Source: Mustelus asterias | Taxonomy: Eukaryota | DNA: 64,000 bases | Direction of reading: 5' to 3' | NCBI RefSeq assembly: GCF_964213995.1 | Contig: NC_135823.1 | Span: 26,474,001-26,538,000 of the forward strand | Shown: in pieces, positions 47,286 through 59,322 of the stretch | How positions within the stretch are numbered: position 1 is the stretch's first letter | Layout: the number at the start of each line of letters is the position of its first letter | Translations under genes and position numbers: made by a program | The notes under the pieces: generated by a model | Seen by the model: the letters and a program-made list of their open reading frames with translations, nothing else | What the model was told of the DNA's origin: nothing | Database searches by the model: none

Positions 47286-49759
47286 CTACAGGATGACTCA
47301 GATTGGAACTTGAATATTGAAGGGTATGTGACATTTACAAATACAGGAAGTTAAGAACAATTGGAGGGGGGGCTCTGTTAATCAATATGGCATTAGCACA
47401 TTTGAGATGGAAGACATAAATTCAGGAAATCAGGATGTAGAAGAACTTTGGGTTCAGCTGAGAAATTACAATGGTAAGAAATCACTTGTGGGAGTGGTGT
47501 ACAGACTCCCAAATTATAACTACAGAGTAAGGCAGAGTATAAAAGAAGAGTTAATGGGAGTTTGTCAAAGATACTGCAATAATCCTGGGGGACGTGGGGG
47601 ACATATAAATTGGAAAAATCAAGTGGCCATAGGTAGTACACGCTGAGGAATTCAGGGATTGTTTTCAGGATAGTTTCTAAGCGTTCTGGAGTCAACCAGA
47701 GGACAGGCTATACTGGACCTGGTACTGTGCAATGAGATAGGATTAATTGATAACCTCATTGTGATAGGAGGCCAACCAAGAAAGCACTTGGACAATCAAG
47801 TCTGGAAGTAACAAAAGACAGATAAGGGTTTCAGCAGAATATGAATCCAAAATAAGTGGTGCCTTCCAATCAAACCATAAATGTAAAGTCTGGGGCTAGG
47901 AAAGACCGGGCAGGCTGGTGTTATAAATTTAATTGTTGCCATTAGGAATTGGCACATTGTTTGCTTTCCTCCCCAACATGTTAGTTCTTTGCGAGCACAA
48001 TCGATATAGCTTGTTGTGCTTCGATCAAAGAGAAAGTCTAACAGCCTTTCCTCGAAATTTGGATTATTTTCACTGGGCATCAGCATACGTTTTGTATATA
48101 TTACACTCCAATTTCATTTTACTGAATTATTTCTTAAAATTAGGGAAGAAATCTAGTTTGTACTGTTGTTTGTATCAGTATTAATTTGTTAGACAATGGA
48201 GGAATATGTTGTGATGTTTGGTATTTACAGATATTGATTTCATGAAGAGCTCCCTCATTATCATTATAAAACCAAAATAAAGACAAGTATCTTGTAGTTA
48301 AATTGGCTCGGAAGTGGATTAAGTTAATGGTACATCTTTTACCTTTGGATTTAGGTTTTGAAACAACACTAAACTGATAGGGCAAAAAGTATTTTGTTTC
48401 TGTTGCTGGTAAATTTTAATTAGTAAAATCATCCTGGGCATTTCCAAGCCAGTTTCTGGGAAATGTGGACCCAAAGCACTAAACTGCTCCAAATTAACAA
48501 TTCCGGCTCTGCTATTAATCACCTTGATGAATACAAAAGTGTATTTAAAAAGAAGAATTATGTAGGAGTTTTGAAAACTGACAATGACAATTGACAATGG
48601 ATGGAATGACACCACTGCCAATTAAAATTGAGCTCATTATAGGAATAGCAGAATTTGAGGACAAATTCTGGCACTATAACATGCTGATTAGGTGTAATCA
48701 TGCTCTGTTTGGTGTCTGCAACTACAATAAATTATGTAATCTCAAAATCAATTTGCCATTGTCCTATAAGAGTAGAAGTAATTAGTTACCATTTTATGAG
48801 ACATTAAAATGAAAGTACATGAAGTACAGAAAGAATCTGACATGTTATTAATTTTTTTTCTTATATAATAAAAAAGGCCATTACACAGTACTTAACTCAT
48901 CTTAATTCAGCAATAGCAATATAAATCTAAAATTTTATAAAGTCAACATGACTAATAGAAAGTTTTAAGAGCCTCCCACTGACATAACTGGCAGAAACTA
49001 GTTTAAGTTCCAAACAGCAGCAAAATTATTTTTGGATAGCCAAAATTACACATCGCATTAAGAGAAAATAAAGTTTTCAGAGGCATGCTGTTGGTACTAA
49101 TCCAGTTTCTTACATCAATGAAATTCTGCAAGCTGCCAGTGTTGCTAACTAATACAGTGGATTCTGAATTGACACTGCAAAAGTACATGTTAACACCATA
49201 GGATGGGTTTTACATGGGGGCACATTACTCACACACGGACCTTAAATTCAGTCAGCACCTTGATGACATGAAATCTAGCTTTCCCGCCATATTATGCATA
49301 GGGCAGCCTTAATTAGTGCAACATGAATGGCCGCCAGCTCTGTAGTTCCAGCAGTGGCAGAATACAGTAGTAGTCACTGTGGGCCATAACATCTTGAACG
49401 TTGAACTGGGGGGTTGCCTCTTATGGCCAAAGCGGATCCTGCCAAAGGAGGTACCCCACTTGCTGCCAAAGCTGGCTGCTGGGTTGCTTGGATTACCCCC
49501 CACCCCTTCCTCTTCTCCACCTTCCTTCACAGACCAAAATAAATGCAGCAGAAACAGAATGTTTCAGACAGTTAACTGCCTGAAGTGGCAGTTAACTGTC
49601 AACGTAAGGGTCTCAAGGCAGCCTGGCTGCCAGATTACCCATCCCCCAGTACTATAGGAGTGGGCAGGAAGATGGCAGGCTGGCTACCTGTATTACTTTA
49701 ATGCCCCGGAAGAGGACAGTGAAATTCACCCCCATCTCCATCAAGTTCTCAAACAAAAA

Positions 49760-50495
49760 CAGAAATCATACAATATACGAGGGTGCAGGAGCAGAAGGGC
49801 TTGGGAGTATAATTGCTTAAATCATTGAGGATGGTTCGAGAGTGTGGTTCATAAACATAAGACTTCCTGTGCTTTATAAATAGGGGCAAAGAATAAGGGC
49901 AAGGAGCAAGGAAATTATGTTAAACCCGCATAAAACACTGGTTCAGATTCATCCAGAATGATTTGTCCATTTCTGGGCACCACATTTTAGAAAGAATGTG
50001 AAGGCATTAGAGAGAGTGCAAAAAAGATTAATAACAAATTTTCTCAGGGATAAGAAACTTCAGTTATGCAGTTTGGAGAGTTATGTAGATAGCTTGGAGA
50101 AGATAATATTGAGAGGAAAATCCGATAGAGGAATTCAAAATCATGAGGGGTCTGGACAAAATAGATGGGGAGAAATTGTTCACATTGATGGAAGGATCAA
50201 GAACCAGAGGGCATAAATTAAAGGTAATTGGCAAAAGAAACAATGGCAAAATGAGGAAAAATATTTTTATACAGCAAGTGGTTAGGATCTGGAATCACTG
50301 CCTGAGGGTGTGGTGGAGGCAGGTTCAATCGATGCACTCCAAAGTGAATCACATTATCTGAAAAGGAAAATGTTCTGGACTATGGGAAAAAATCAGAAGA
50401 GTGGCCATGAGGTGAATAGTTCCTTCAGAGGGTCAGCGACAGACCCAACAGGCTGAATAGCCTCATTCTGTGCTGTAACCTTTCTATGATTCTAT
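49760..50495 (+). mobile_element. Degraded CR1 3' fragment
   Basis: KALERVQKR and MRGLDKIDGEKLF...SRTRGHKLK, with tail TTCTATGATTCTATGAT. Confidence 0.8.
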
Positions 50496-51415
50496 GATAT
50501 CTGCAAGTTCATCAACATCTGAAAAAAATAACATTTTGAGCAGAAACCTCTTTAGTACTGGAAAAATAGTCCAACTTTTATATTTCCAGCCGTTGATGCA
50601 CTTTCTGCATATTTCTAGCATTTTATGGTTTGATTTCAATTTTTTTTCTCCTTTTATGATCAATTCTCATATTGTCTTGCAGTCGTAGTGTTTTTCATAG
50701 CTGAAGTTAAAGAGATGCTTGGAACAGCACACAAGTGGATAATAACTATACAATTCTTGTCCGATATGTACCATTCACAATACTCAGGACTGGAAAAATA
50801 TTAAGCCACCATCTGCCATTTACAGCATGATCAATGTTTTAGGAAAATTATTAAGTTGGATTAAAAGATCCCACACTGTGCCTGGATTGTTTCATAATGC
50901 CCCTCCTCTTTCCCGGAGTCTGAATCTGTAGTTTGTGTTGAACTCTGAATTGCAGCATCGAAGAAGAATGACAAATAATTTTATCCAGTCCCAATTACTG
51001 AATTTATTCCCCATTTTATAATTGTAAAATGGCAGAGATCAGGCTAAAAACAAGTCTTCACCAAACATATCAGTGGTCAAGTCAAATATAACTAAATGGG
51101 AAACAGCATTAAAACCAATGTTGGCAATATTGACAAATTATATCAACCAATGAATGAACTGCAAAAGACAAAATGTTATTCAAACAATTTATGAGCGAAT
51201 TCTCTTTAGTTATATATATCTCCACCTCCCACTCTGTATTGTTACTTTCCATCATCCAACTCGCTGTACTAGATGAGAACCCTATTGATTAATTGATCTC
51301 ACACAAAAGTTACTTCATAACAAAACTTGCCATTGTGTTGAGAAATAAAGGACAAAATGCAACTCTGCTGCGTGAAATACTGTTCATATTGGGTAGTCTG
51401 ACAATTTTAACTCTC

Positions 51416-51730
51416 GCACGGTGGCACAGTGGTCAGCACTGCTGCCTCACAGCGCCAAGGATCCAGGTTTGATTCCCGACTTGGGTCACTGTCTGTGCGG
51501 AGTCTCCACGTTCTCCTTGTGTCTGCGTGGGTTTCCTCTGGCGCTCCGATTTCCTTCCACAGTCCAAAAGATTTGCTGGTTAGGTGCATTGGCCATGCTA
51601 GATTCTCCCTCGGTGTACCTAGACAGGCGCCGGAGTGTGGCGACTTGGGAATTTTCACAGTAACTTCATTGCACTGTTAATGTACGCCTACTTGTGGCAC
51701 TAACAAATAAACTTTACTTTTTACTTTACT
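51416..51730 (+). mobile_element. V-SINE family 2
   Basis: Same head and tail as 31288-31580, ending in (ACTTT)n. Confidence 0.85.
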
Positions 51731-52399
51731 CTTTCATTTGTCTTAATTTCACCTCATGTGGCTTGAGATCTAATTAACTTCCTAACACACCTATAAATTG
51801 TGTTGGAATGTTTTATTACATAAATGTTTGACATAAATATAAATTGTTAGTATTCCAACCATTGACTATACATGATTACGCTGAACATGTAAAAAATCAG
51901 TTGCATTCAAATTTCCCACACTTTGATGATATTGCTTCATAATTACCCTGTGGCAGTCTGAGGCTGCATTTATGGCTTTCAAACAGCTGCAAGAAATTTG
52001 TCCAAGAAATAAACATAATCACAGCAGTTTGCTGCCAACGCATGTAGGTTCTTGCCAAAATCAATACTTACATAAACCTGCCAATTCCCTGAAATTGATT
52101 GTGTTTTATTTTCCTTTCAGAAATCTGGCCTCTTGAATTTTTCTGTTTTTACAAAGCCCAAAATCTATCAAGCTGGCAATTGCACACTTCTTCCAAAGCA
52201 GCAAACACCAACATCTCCAATTTGATCCCACCAAATGAATTTGTATATATAAAAACTGGCTTCCTCCACTGCTGAATCAATCAACTCACTTACACAGAGA
52301 TAAATAACAGATGAAACCTTTACAAGCAGCTTGCTGTAGAACCGGGTTCAAATCTCACCGTGGCAGGTGGTGGAATTTGAATTTAATAAAAAATATCTG

Positions 52400-52529
52400 G
52401 GGTGGGATTCACCGACTGCGCTTGCCCCAAAACCGGAGAATCCCGCCCAAGGTCAATGGATCTTTGTGTGGTCCGTCCCCCGCCCGCCCGCAACGATTCC
52501 TGTGGTGGGAGGGATGGAAGAATTCTCCC
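52400..52529. mobile_element. Harbinger-type MITE (copy of 34069-34194, opposite orientation)
   Basis: Reverse-complement similarity to 34069-34194 (GCCCCAAAAC, AATCCCGCCCAAGGTCAATGGA). Confidence 0.7.
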
Positions 52530-53624
52530 TTGGAATGAAGAATCTGGCAACTTGGGATGGCAATACATGCTAGCCAGCTAGCAACACGAATGAGTAAAAA
52601 AAACCCACTTCCCTCCCAATTTGTCCCGAAGTTAAAGTACAATGTTGGGAAGGATATGTTTAGAGCTCATGTTTTTATCTATCTGCTGCTGCTAGACACA
52701 ATGGAATCTCATGCATAGATGCACTGGGATTGCTTTAAATATGCATGTCACCCTGCTTATGGGGAAATAGGCAACTGAAATTTGGGATAAATAGTTCATC
52801 CACTGGTTACCCCAGAATAATGGGGCATTTAGTGGCCCTGCCCAAAATAGGTGGAACCTTCTGTTATTGGTTAAGCCTGGGTTCTATGCCAATTTTAGGG
52901 TCATGCTGCAATTTTTGTGCAGCAACGGATGAACAATTTTGTGCGCAGCAGCCTAACCAACAGTCCTAAGATGGACTGCTTGTAGGTGATTCCAGAAAAA
53001 AAATATTTTATTTTATCTTTTAGCAATCCAGGATGATCTATGCTAATGAGATCTGTCCACCAAGGTGGTTCAGGCTCTTGTTGTTGCGATTGAGCAGGTG
53101 TTATAGATTGTGGGGAAGTGGTAGGATAATCCCCCTCTTAGCTTCCAAAATGTGTTTTAAAGAAGTGTTTCAACGCCTTTGAACGGTGTGAATCTTAAGA
53201 ACAGACAAGACACATTTTCTCTTAAGTTTCAAAAAAAGGAATAAATGCTTATTTCTCAACACCCAAATGTATTCACAACAGCACCAATTCAGTCATGCAC
53301 ACAGACATGCAGACACAGAAGAAAAGATGATTACAAAAGAGATAACATAAAAGTAGGTTTTTAAAAAGTTCAAACATTTACTGTTGTACTTGAATCTTTT
53401 TGAGTTTGAAACTTGAAATGTTGTCGGACTGATGATTCCCTTTTGGTTCACTGAAGAAATGGCGGCTCAATGTTTCCAGTGACAAATTTGCAGTGGTTTA
53501 CTATTTGCAACAGCAACTTTCTGGGTTTGCTTGGTTGGAAGCCGTCAAGCTCCTATAGAGAAGATCTAGGTTGGTTTTTCAAATCATTAGGTAAAAGACT
53601 TGTCCCACTTCTCTACCTGCTTAC

Positions 53625-53908
53625 TTTATTATTTATTCGTGTCACAAGTAGGCTTACATTAACACTACAATGAAGTTACTGTGAAAATCCCCTAGTCGCC
53701 AAACCCCGGTGCCTGTTTGGGTACGCTGAGGGAGAATTTAGCATGGCTAATGCACCTAACCAGCATGGCTTTCAGACTGTGGGAGGAAACAGGAGCACTC
53801 AGAGGAAACCCATGCAGACACGGGGAGAACTACGCACAGATAGTGACCCAAGCTGGGAATCGAACCCGGGTCCCTGGAGCTGTGAGGCAGCAGTGCTAAC
53901 TACTGTGC
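53625..53908 (-). mobile_element. V-SINE family 2
   Basis: Same tail and V-domain as 51416-51730. Confidence 0.8.
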
Positions 53909-53964
53909 TTTCACAGCAAGAATACAAAACAAATAAATTTGCAGTGGTTTACTATTTGCAACAT

Positions 53965-54275
53965 GGCAACATTGACCAACTGAGAGAATGAACAAAATGC
54001 AGTCCTGGATGTAATTGAGAGCAGGAACAATAACAGCAGAATCGACCCCTGTAATCACTTGTCAAGTTGTTGGTATCTCAGTAGGTTGGATGAATTGCCA
54101 AATCCCTTCCCACAGTCAGAGCAGGTGAACGGCCTCTCCCTAGTGTGAACTTGCTGTCAAGCAGTGTGGATGACTGAGTGAATCCCTTCGCACACACACT
54201 GCAGGTGATAGGCCTCTCCCCGGTGTGAACTTACTGGTGTGTCAGCAATGTGGATGACCACCTAAACCTCTTGCT
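53965..54275 (-). pseudogene. C2H2 zinc-finger gene 3' fragment (last ~2.5 fingers plus 3' UTR)
   Basis: [37 protein letters not shown] / [32 protein letters not shown], with an internal stop and a frameshift. Confidence 0.85.
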
Positions 54276-54779
54276 GGGGATTCTAGTCAGGGTCTTTCCT
54301 TTCCTGGGCTGGACTTCTCCTTCCAAGTCTCTTTGTCTCTGAGACTGTTTGACTAGCTCTCAAAATGTGTGTTAGTAAATGTTCCATATTACAACCTGAT
54401 TTCTGTCGGGTGACCATAAGATCTGTTCTCCCAACTTCCACAGAAATGGTCCCCGATGACTTACGTATTTACACACGATCAGGTTTGAGTTTCAGCCATG
54501 TGACAGAATGGATTTCTCATCACCACCTTTCAGTATATTTCCATTCTGCAGTCAAGAAAGCTGCAGGGGCATTGTGCACTAATTTCTACAGGTATTTAGA
54601 CAACAGCCACCATTAAATCCACAGGAAAAGTCTGTTGCATTTTAATGTCTTCTTAATGGAATATCCCAAAAGGTTGTTTGCATTTTAATGATCTTTTCAG
54701 ACAAGCAGGAAACTTCTAGCCTCATGCAGTTTCACGTATATTGACAGACAAGAAGGGAGGTCATCGGACCTCTCAACTC

Positions 54780-55428
54780 TAGCTTCAAGTTTTTAGGTGT
54801 TCAGATCACCAACAACCTGTCCTGGTCCCCCCATGCCGACACTATAATTAAGAAAGCCCACCAATGTCTCTACTTTCTTAAAAGACTAAGGAAATTTAGC
54901 ATGTCAGCTACGACTCTCACCAACTTTTACAGATGTACCATAGAAAGCATTCTTTGTAACTGGTTGTATCACAGCTTGGCATGGCTCCTGCTCTGCCCAA
55001 GACCGCAAGAAAATACAAAAGGTTGTGAATCCAGCCCAATCCATCACGCAAACCAGCCTCCCATCCACTGACATCCATTGAGTCTACACTTTCCACTGGC
55101 TCAGCAAAGCAGCCAGCATAATTAAGAATCCCACGCACCCCGGACATACCCTCTTCCACCTTCTTCTTTCGGGAAAAAGATATAAAAGTCTGAGGTCACG
55201 TACCAACTGACTCAAGGACAGCTTCTTCCCTGCTGCCGTCAGACTTTTGGATGGACCTATCTTCCATTAAGTTGATCTTTCTCTACACCCTAGCTATGAC
55301 TGTAACACTACATTCTGCGAACTGTCATTTCCTTCCCTATGAACGGGTATGCTTTGTCTGTATAGCGCACAAGAAACAATACTTTTCATTGTATACTAAT
55401 ATATGTGACAATAATAAATCAAATCTTG
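54780..55428 (+). mobile_element. Rex1/Babar-type LINE 3' fragment
   Basis: FKFLGVQITNNLSWSPHADTIIKKAHQCLYFLKRLRKF...TLTNFYRCTIESIL with tail AATAAATCAAATC. Confidence 0.85.
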
Positions 55429-55724
55429 TTTAAGCAGATTGCCAAACTCTGTTTTATCTTTAAAGGTAAGGTGACCATTTTCCATGAATCCATGGGTATA
55501 ATGATGTGGATGTGACAAGACGATGTGATCATAATGTTCACTGTCCACTCGATTACCAGAAGTCAAACATGTTTCTACAGCACAACTTCTAACTGCACAG
55601 AGTCGAACTCTATTTGTTAAATTTCCAGGCTGCTTTTACAGTCAACTATGTCTCAGCACTTAATTCTCTTCATTAGACTTGCTGAGAATCTCTTAGTTGT
55701 GCAGGACAGAATGCAGACTGCAGT

Positions 55725-56295
55725 GTTTTTGGATATGCTGAAGTTTAACGGGGTTGGGGAAAGGGAGGCCAGCCAAGAGGGAACTGCAATATACAAAGCA
55801 TAACTCGAGGTTTCAGTAATGGGTTTAGGTGGGGCACAGATGGGTGAATCTGTGGAAATGGAAGTAAATGCTCCTTATGATGGATATTATTTGGGATCAG
55901 ACGCACAGCTGGGGGTTGAACAGGCTGCTGAGACTATGTACAATTTGGTTCAGTCGAGCAGAAGGGAATGGAGTCAATGGCAGGGGTCAAAGCTGATGAT
56001 GTTAGTCACATTGATGTCTAACTGGAGGAAATTGTAAATCATTTAAGATTGGATCTTGGGCAACTAGTTTGACAACAAAAAAGCAGTTGAGGTTTTGAGA
56101 AGGTGGTGGAGACGTGGAGTTGAATGTCATCTGCGTACGTGTCTGAGTTATTGCCAAGGGATAGAATGTAGAGAAAGGGGGCCAAGGGTAAATATTTGTG
56201 GTATTCATGTGGGAATGGCAAGAGAAGTCATTGCTGGAAATGCTCTGGTTAGAATTCAGACAGGTAAAAGAAGACGCTGCAAGGGAAATCCACCG
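55725..56295 (-). mobile_element. Degraded L2 LINE RT fragment
   Basis: YADDIQL motif and pyrimidine-rich sense strand. Confidence 0.65.
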
Positions 56296-56719
56296 AACTG
56301 AACCTGAACAGGCGCTGGAGTGTGGCGACGAGAGGATTTTCACAGTAATTTCATTACAGTGTTAATGTAAACCTACTTGTGACACTAATAAATAAGCTTA
56401 AACTTTAAGGAATGGTCTTGGAGGATATATTGACTTGCATTGGAATGGCTCTTTTGGGCCTGAGAATAAGTTTCTGTTCTGCGATGCACAAATCCGTTTC
56501 TTCATTTGTGTTTTCTGCTTACAAGGGGATCTTTGTGAGCATGATAATGACTCAGGAATCTTGTTAATATTCAATTATTAGCATAATACCTAGCTAGTTG
56601 TAATGTATATTAGAAGGGCTGAAAATAATTGGAAAGGATTCCTCTTGTGTATGAATGTTATGGGTTTATATGAGATTGTGGACGGTTGTTAGCTTTCTGT
56701 TACAGTATCTTACGGAGAT

Positions 56720-57345
56720 GGGCCTGGTGCATCTGTTCAGCTGCCTCTTCTGATTCCCTTCCATTCCCATCCAACAGCCTAACTTCACTCAAGACCCCTA
56801 CCCGAGCCCAGAATTTGCATTTTTCTCTCGTTTCTTTCATATTTCCCTTCATACTCTCCAAGGTCATATTGTTCTCTTGACTCTATTCCCACTAAACTGT
56901 TGACCCAACTTCCCTATCTGGCCTTCATGCTACTCGGGTTCCCTCTCCTAAAGCTACTACCACCTCTCCTTCAGATCTACTGTCATCATGCCTCATTTCA
57001 GAAACCCCTCTCTTGACCTTGGTGCTCTTGCAAACAGCTAGTCCATCTCCAACCTCTCTTTCCTCTCCAAAGTCTTTGAACAGATTGTTGCCACTCAAAT
57101 CCCTGACCAATTCTCCAGAAATTCTATGTTTAAATCCCTTCAATCAGGTTTCTGGCCTGTCACAGTACTGAAACAACCTGTCTCAAAGTCACAAATGACA
57201 TCCCATTTGACGACAGCAGTGGTAAATTATTCTTCCTAACTCCTCTTGACCTACAGCCTTTCACACGACTGACATACTGCTCCAATGTCACTCCTCTGTT
57301 GTCCAGTGGGGCATGACTCCCATTGTCTGCCTCCATTCTCCTCCG
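56720..57345 (+). mobile_element. Degraded L2 LINE fragment (N-terminal part of RT)
   Basis: KPxLD...PISNLSFLSKVFEQIVA...QSGFWP.HSTET..LKVTNDI...LLDL. Confidence 0.7.
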
Positions 57346-58022
57346 TAAGTCGTAGTAAGGTGGCAAGGGTGAGGTGGGGAAGATAAAATACCCAAGCATC
57401 CAGAAAAATATAATATACAACTTCAATGTCCACGTCAGGAATTCCTAAATCTGCTACTGAAAAATACACACTTCTATGTACTTGAGCATTAGTTCCTCCA
57501 AGTGATGGAAAGCTGGGAATGCCTGAAGCTTAAATCACAGTAAGCTCGTGGCCTATCGTACACTCACTGTAACAATTTGATCTTATATCATAAGACCACC
57601 AGGTTTTGGTTTCACAGAAAAATGAAATCGAAAATCATGATTCCTAAAACTATCAAAAATCCTGAAGACCCATCTAATAAAAAATAAATTTAACTTATTC
57701 AGTCACCTTGGTGATGATACACCTATATTGAAGTTTTTCTTTTTGAGTTGTCAGCATTTTTGGAGCTGCATCAGCTTTCTATTCATCAGGTTTTATGCGT
57801 TTTCTTGGTTGTTATGCATACATAAAAACAGTGACAGGCATATTTCTACTAAAACAAATGTTATGCTTATCCAGTTTCACAGATGAGTACATAAACTTTA
57901 CATCATTTATTAGCTAGGTCACATAGGAAGATATATTCTGTGGTTGCACAAATTTAATCAACTTTGGAAATTTATGTGTGAACATTCTTGGAACATTGTC
58001 ATACAACATGCATATATTTCAA

Positions 58023-58748
58023 TGGGCTGAATGTTATGGGACACTGTGATTCCCATGCGCCCCATGACTAGATGGTCAGTGGGGAGACTGCCCATAATTC
58101 TGACAGCTGCTCCTCAGCAATTTCATGCTGGAAGCAACGTTAATTGCTTTGAGACATGGCTTCCGACCCTATCTCAGGAGGATATCCTGTCTTAGAGAGC
58201 TCTCAGCCAGTTGGATGACAGGTAGTTCTATAGTCCCAACAGCCCAGGATGCAATGGTGGCCACTGCCTGGACTACAGGTAGTCCTATTTTTTAAAAAGT
58301 CTGGACTCGTAGGTAAGTCCAGCATATTGCTGGGAGCAGGCAGGCAATCCTTGGCAAGGGGTGGGTGGGGGAAGGATGGAAGGCCAGATTTGAGAGGTCA
58401 GGGTGGTAGGCTAAAGCAAGGGTGAACTATGACCAGCATTTGGGGATGGGTACCTCTGATGGGCCAGGGGAGCTGCAAAGGGGAGGATCCCCCTTGCCAA
58501 CACCAATCCACCCAGCTACAGTTGCCAAATTTCTTCCCCCTGCCACAGGTAAACTATCAGCAGAGGTAAGATGAGACCTTTAAGTGGCCATCAATGCGGC
58601 CCAAGGGTGCAGAGCTGACACCCACTCCATCCTCTATGTAAAATTTCAAAGTAAGAGTTTGTGGGTAGGTGGCAGTAGCGTAACCTGTTGTATTTTATGA
58701 GCCAGCATCCCTTAAACCCCACTGGTGGGGACCGTAAAATCCATTCCA
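58023..58748. mobile_element. Possible old non-autonomous TIR element
   Basis: Imperfect inverted termini TGGGCTGAATGTTATGG / CCGTAAAATCCATTCCA. A similar GC-rich block lies at 49200-49735. Confidence 0.35.
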
Positions 58749-59322
58749 AAGGCACAAAAATTACCGCTCAAGAGATCTGAATTGTTAGAATACTTGTTAC
58801 TTATTTCACCACATAACGGTCATCAAAGAGTACTTCAAAAATCTTGTATCTGCTGATTTGATCTCAGGGAGACAAGGAAAATCAGTGAACTTTTCATTAT
58901 TAACCACAAAATCATGTTAAAGCATTACCAGCAAAAGATAAATATTATGAACAATTAGGCACTGTTTAATAAGTTCACACTGAGTTTTACAGTAATCTTC
59001 TGGAAGGAAATTTGCATCGACTCAGGAGGTTCTTTCATCTAGTTGAATTACACACTATTTGTCACTGCACCATATCCATTATTTTAATCATGAACTTGAC
59101 AGTAGGATTCTTTGTTTTAGCACGGTACCTAAAATATATGCCATGCTCTCATTTCATCTCTCAAAACATTACAAAACGAATGTAATTTGTTGCAATTGCA
59201 TTAAGCAGTTCCTTCACTGTCACTGGGTCAAAATCTTGGAACTACATAGAACATAGAACAGTACAGCACAGAACAGGCCCTTCGGCCCACGATGTTGTGC
59301 CGACCTTCATCTGAAACCAAGA

